DNA of 63,631 nucleotides, filler included, from Octopus bimaculoides (taxonomy: Eukaryota): the NCBI RefSeq assembly GCF_001194135.2. It is 7 parts of 7 records of this genome, joined end to end, with 100 filler letters (N's around TTAATTAATTAA, not from the genome) between each part and the next. Parts side by side here need not be neighbours in the genome. Positions count along the whole stretch, not along the records: positions 50,725 to 62,278 come from NC_069002.1; positions 62,379 to 63,631 come from NW_026302257.1; 5 more parts are not named here. One strand, 5' to 3'. The position numbers and the translations under genes were made by a program. A model generated the notes under the pieces. That model searched no databases. It was given only the letters and a program-made list of their open reading frames with translations, and was not told where the DNA came from. Shown here piece by piece: positions 61,369 through 63,631 of the stretch. The stretch's first letter is position 1. The number at the start of each line of letters is the position of its first letter.

Positions 61369-62378
61369 TATAGATATATACACACACACTCACGCACATA
61401 CAAGCACATATATATATATATACGCACACATGCACACATACATACACACACACATACACACACAAACATATATAACGAAACACACAATAACCAGTAAATC
61501 TACGAAAGTTTATACACGCATCTGCTCACAAGACCTACGTACACATATATAAAACCTTGTACACTCACACGCATATATGGACACAGACATAAGCAGGGCA
61601 ATCGGCAAACAAATATAAGAAAACGTATGTGCGTGCTCGCAAAACATATACACATACATACACAATCTCTCATACACACATATAGAAGCAGTGTACATGC
61701 ATACACCTACCCATATATACACATGCACACATGCATACACAAACACACGTGCACACCCACATGCACGTGCATTGTTACGGTACTTTCTCAGGTAGAAGTC
61801 ACACACACCGTTCTGTATTATGCTATTATACTGGCGTTAGTCAAAAAATTTCAGAGTCTCAAGCAGTCGTCTTATAAACACATACGAGGTCGCCTCGATG
61901 TCTCCGCGAAGATCACAGTGGGGATCGATAACCAAACCTAGAGGAAGCAGTTGTTAGCTGACTTCTTTCGTAGATGGGTTAATTTCCAAGAAATTACACC
62001 CATTAGATTTCAACTGGACTATTTATTATTGCAGCCGGGAGGTGGCGCGCCAATCGTCGTAAAGCCGATCATTCGGAAGGATAGGTCGTAAGTCGAAGAC
62101 GATCTGTATTTTGTTTCAGTTAGGCGAAGATACTGACTTATCAGCTGTGGTGTTCCTTTGCTGCCCTCTCTTTACTTTCTGTTTCTTTTTTGTCTTTCTG
62201 ACTTTCTTTGTTTCTTCCACGACCCCACCCTAACACTATATCCACAACAGTCCCAGATTGTTACAATATGATTAATTTNNNNNNNNNNNNNNNNNNNNNN
62301 NNNNNNNNNNNNNNNNNNNNNNTTAATTAATTAANNNNNNNNNNNNNNNNNNNNNNNNNNNNNNNNNNNNNNNNNNNN

Positions 62379-63151
62379 TGAAAAAGAGGAAAGAAAAGGA
62401 GAATGAGAGAGAGAAAGAGAGAAAACAATTAGAAAGAACGAAATGAAAGAGAGAAAAGAAAAGGAGAATGAGAGAGAGAGAGAGAAAAAGAGAAAACGGT
62501 GAGAAAGAGAGAAAAGAAGGAGAAAGAAAGAAATGAAAGAGTGAAAGAGAGAAAAGAAAAGGAGAATGAGAGAGAGAGAGAGAAAAAGAGAAAAGGAGAA
62601 ACAAAGAAATGAAAGAGTGAAAAAGAGGAAAGAAAAGGAGAATGAGAAAGAAAAAGAGAAAAGGTAGAGAATGAGAGAAAAGAAGGAGAATGAAAGAAAT
62701 GAAAGAGTGAAAAAGAGGAAAGAAAAGGAGAATGAGAGAGAGAAAGAGAGAAAACAAGGAGAAAGAAAGAAATGAAAGAGAGAAAAGAAAAAGAGAATGA
62801 GAGAGAGAGAGAGAAAAAGAGAAAAAGGTGAGAAAGAGAGAAAAGAAGGAGGAAGAAAGAAATGAAAGAGTGAAAGAGAGAAAAGAAAAGGAGAATGAGA
62901 GAGAGAGAGAGAAAAAGAGAAAAGGAAGAGAATGAGAGAAAATGAGAAAGAAAGAAATGAAAGAGTGAAAAAGAGGAAAGAAAAGGAGAATGAGAGAGAG
63001 AGTGAGAAAGAGAGAAAAGGAGAAAGAAAGAAATGAAAGACAGAAAGAGAGAAAAGAAAAGGAGAATGAGAGAGAGAAAAGGAAGAGAATGAGAGAAAAG
63101 AAGGAGAAAGAAAGAAATGAAAGATTGAAAAAGAGGAAAGAAAAGGAGAAT

Positions 63152-63186
<35 letters not shown>

Positions 63187-63631
63187 GAAGGAGAAAGAAA
63201 GAAATGAAAGAGAGGAAAGAAAACGAGAATGAGAGAGAGAGAGAGAGAAAGAGAGAAATGAAAGAGTGAAAAAGAGGAAAGAAAAGGAGAATGAGAGAGA
63301 GAGAGAAAGAGAGAAAAGGGAGAGAATGAGAGAAAAGAAGGAGAAGGAAAGAAATGAAAGAGAAAAACAGAGGAAAGAAAAGGAGAATGAGAGAGAATGA
63401 GAGAAAAGAAGGAGAAAGAAAGAAATGAAAGAGAGAAAGAGAGGAAAGAAAAGGAGAATGAGAGAGTGAGAGAGAAAAGGAAGAGAATGAGAGAAAAGAA
63501 GGTGAAAGAAAGAAATGAAAGAGAGAAAGAGAGAAAAGAAAAGGAGAATGAGAGAGAGAGAAAGAAAGAAATGAAAAAGAGAGAGGAAAGAAAAGGAGAA
63601 TGAGAGAGAAAGAGAGAAAAGGGTGAGAAAT
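62379..63631. repeat. Polypurine (A/G) degenerate tandem array
   Basis: Recurrent modules GAAAGAAAGAAATGAAAGAG, AAAAGAGGAAAGAAAAGGAGAATGAGAGAG. Almost no C on the + strand. Confidence 0.9.

Overview
AT-rich, microsatellite-dense animal genomic DNA. The SINE families and repeat landscape look like an octopus genome (inference; not confirmable here). The window is not one contiguous sequence: six artificial 100-bp joins (44 N + TTAATTAATTAA + 44 N) split it into seven scaffold pieces. The only well-supported host genes are clan-2 cytochrome P450s on +: a 5'-incomplete gene with six phase-consistent exons (18403-26369) and the first exon of a second, tandem P450 (35200-35569). Everything else I can support is mobile or repetitive: four interspersed repeat families (three tRNA-like SINEs plus one other retroposon-like repeat), RLE-type (R4/Dong-like) LINE fragments, RTE and CR1-like LINE fragments, three IS630/Tc1/mariner remnants, a Penelope-like GIY-YIG remnant and MITE-like hairpins. 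The most notable signals are (i) seven hammerhead-ribozyme-like motifs at six loci, one with a complete catalytic core (42271-42327) and one pair arranged as an inverted repeat (29017-29355), and (ii) a decayed ~51-bp (17-codon) repeat at ~1470-2330 that reads on the minus strand as an N-x-T sequon array. No rRNA, bona fide tRNA or CRISPR array is supported.
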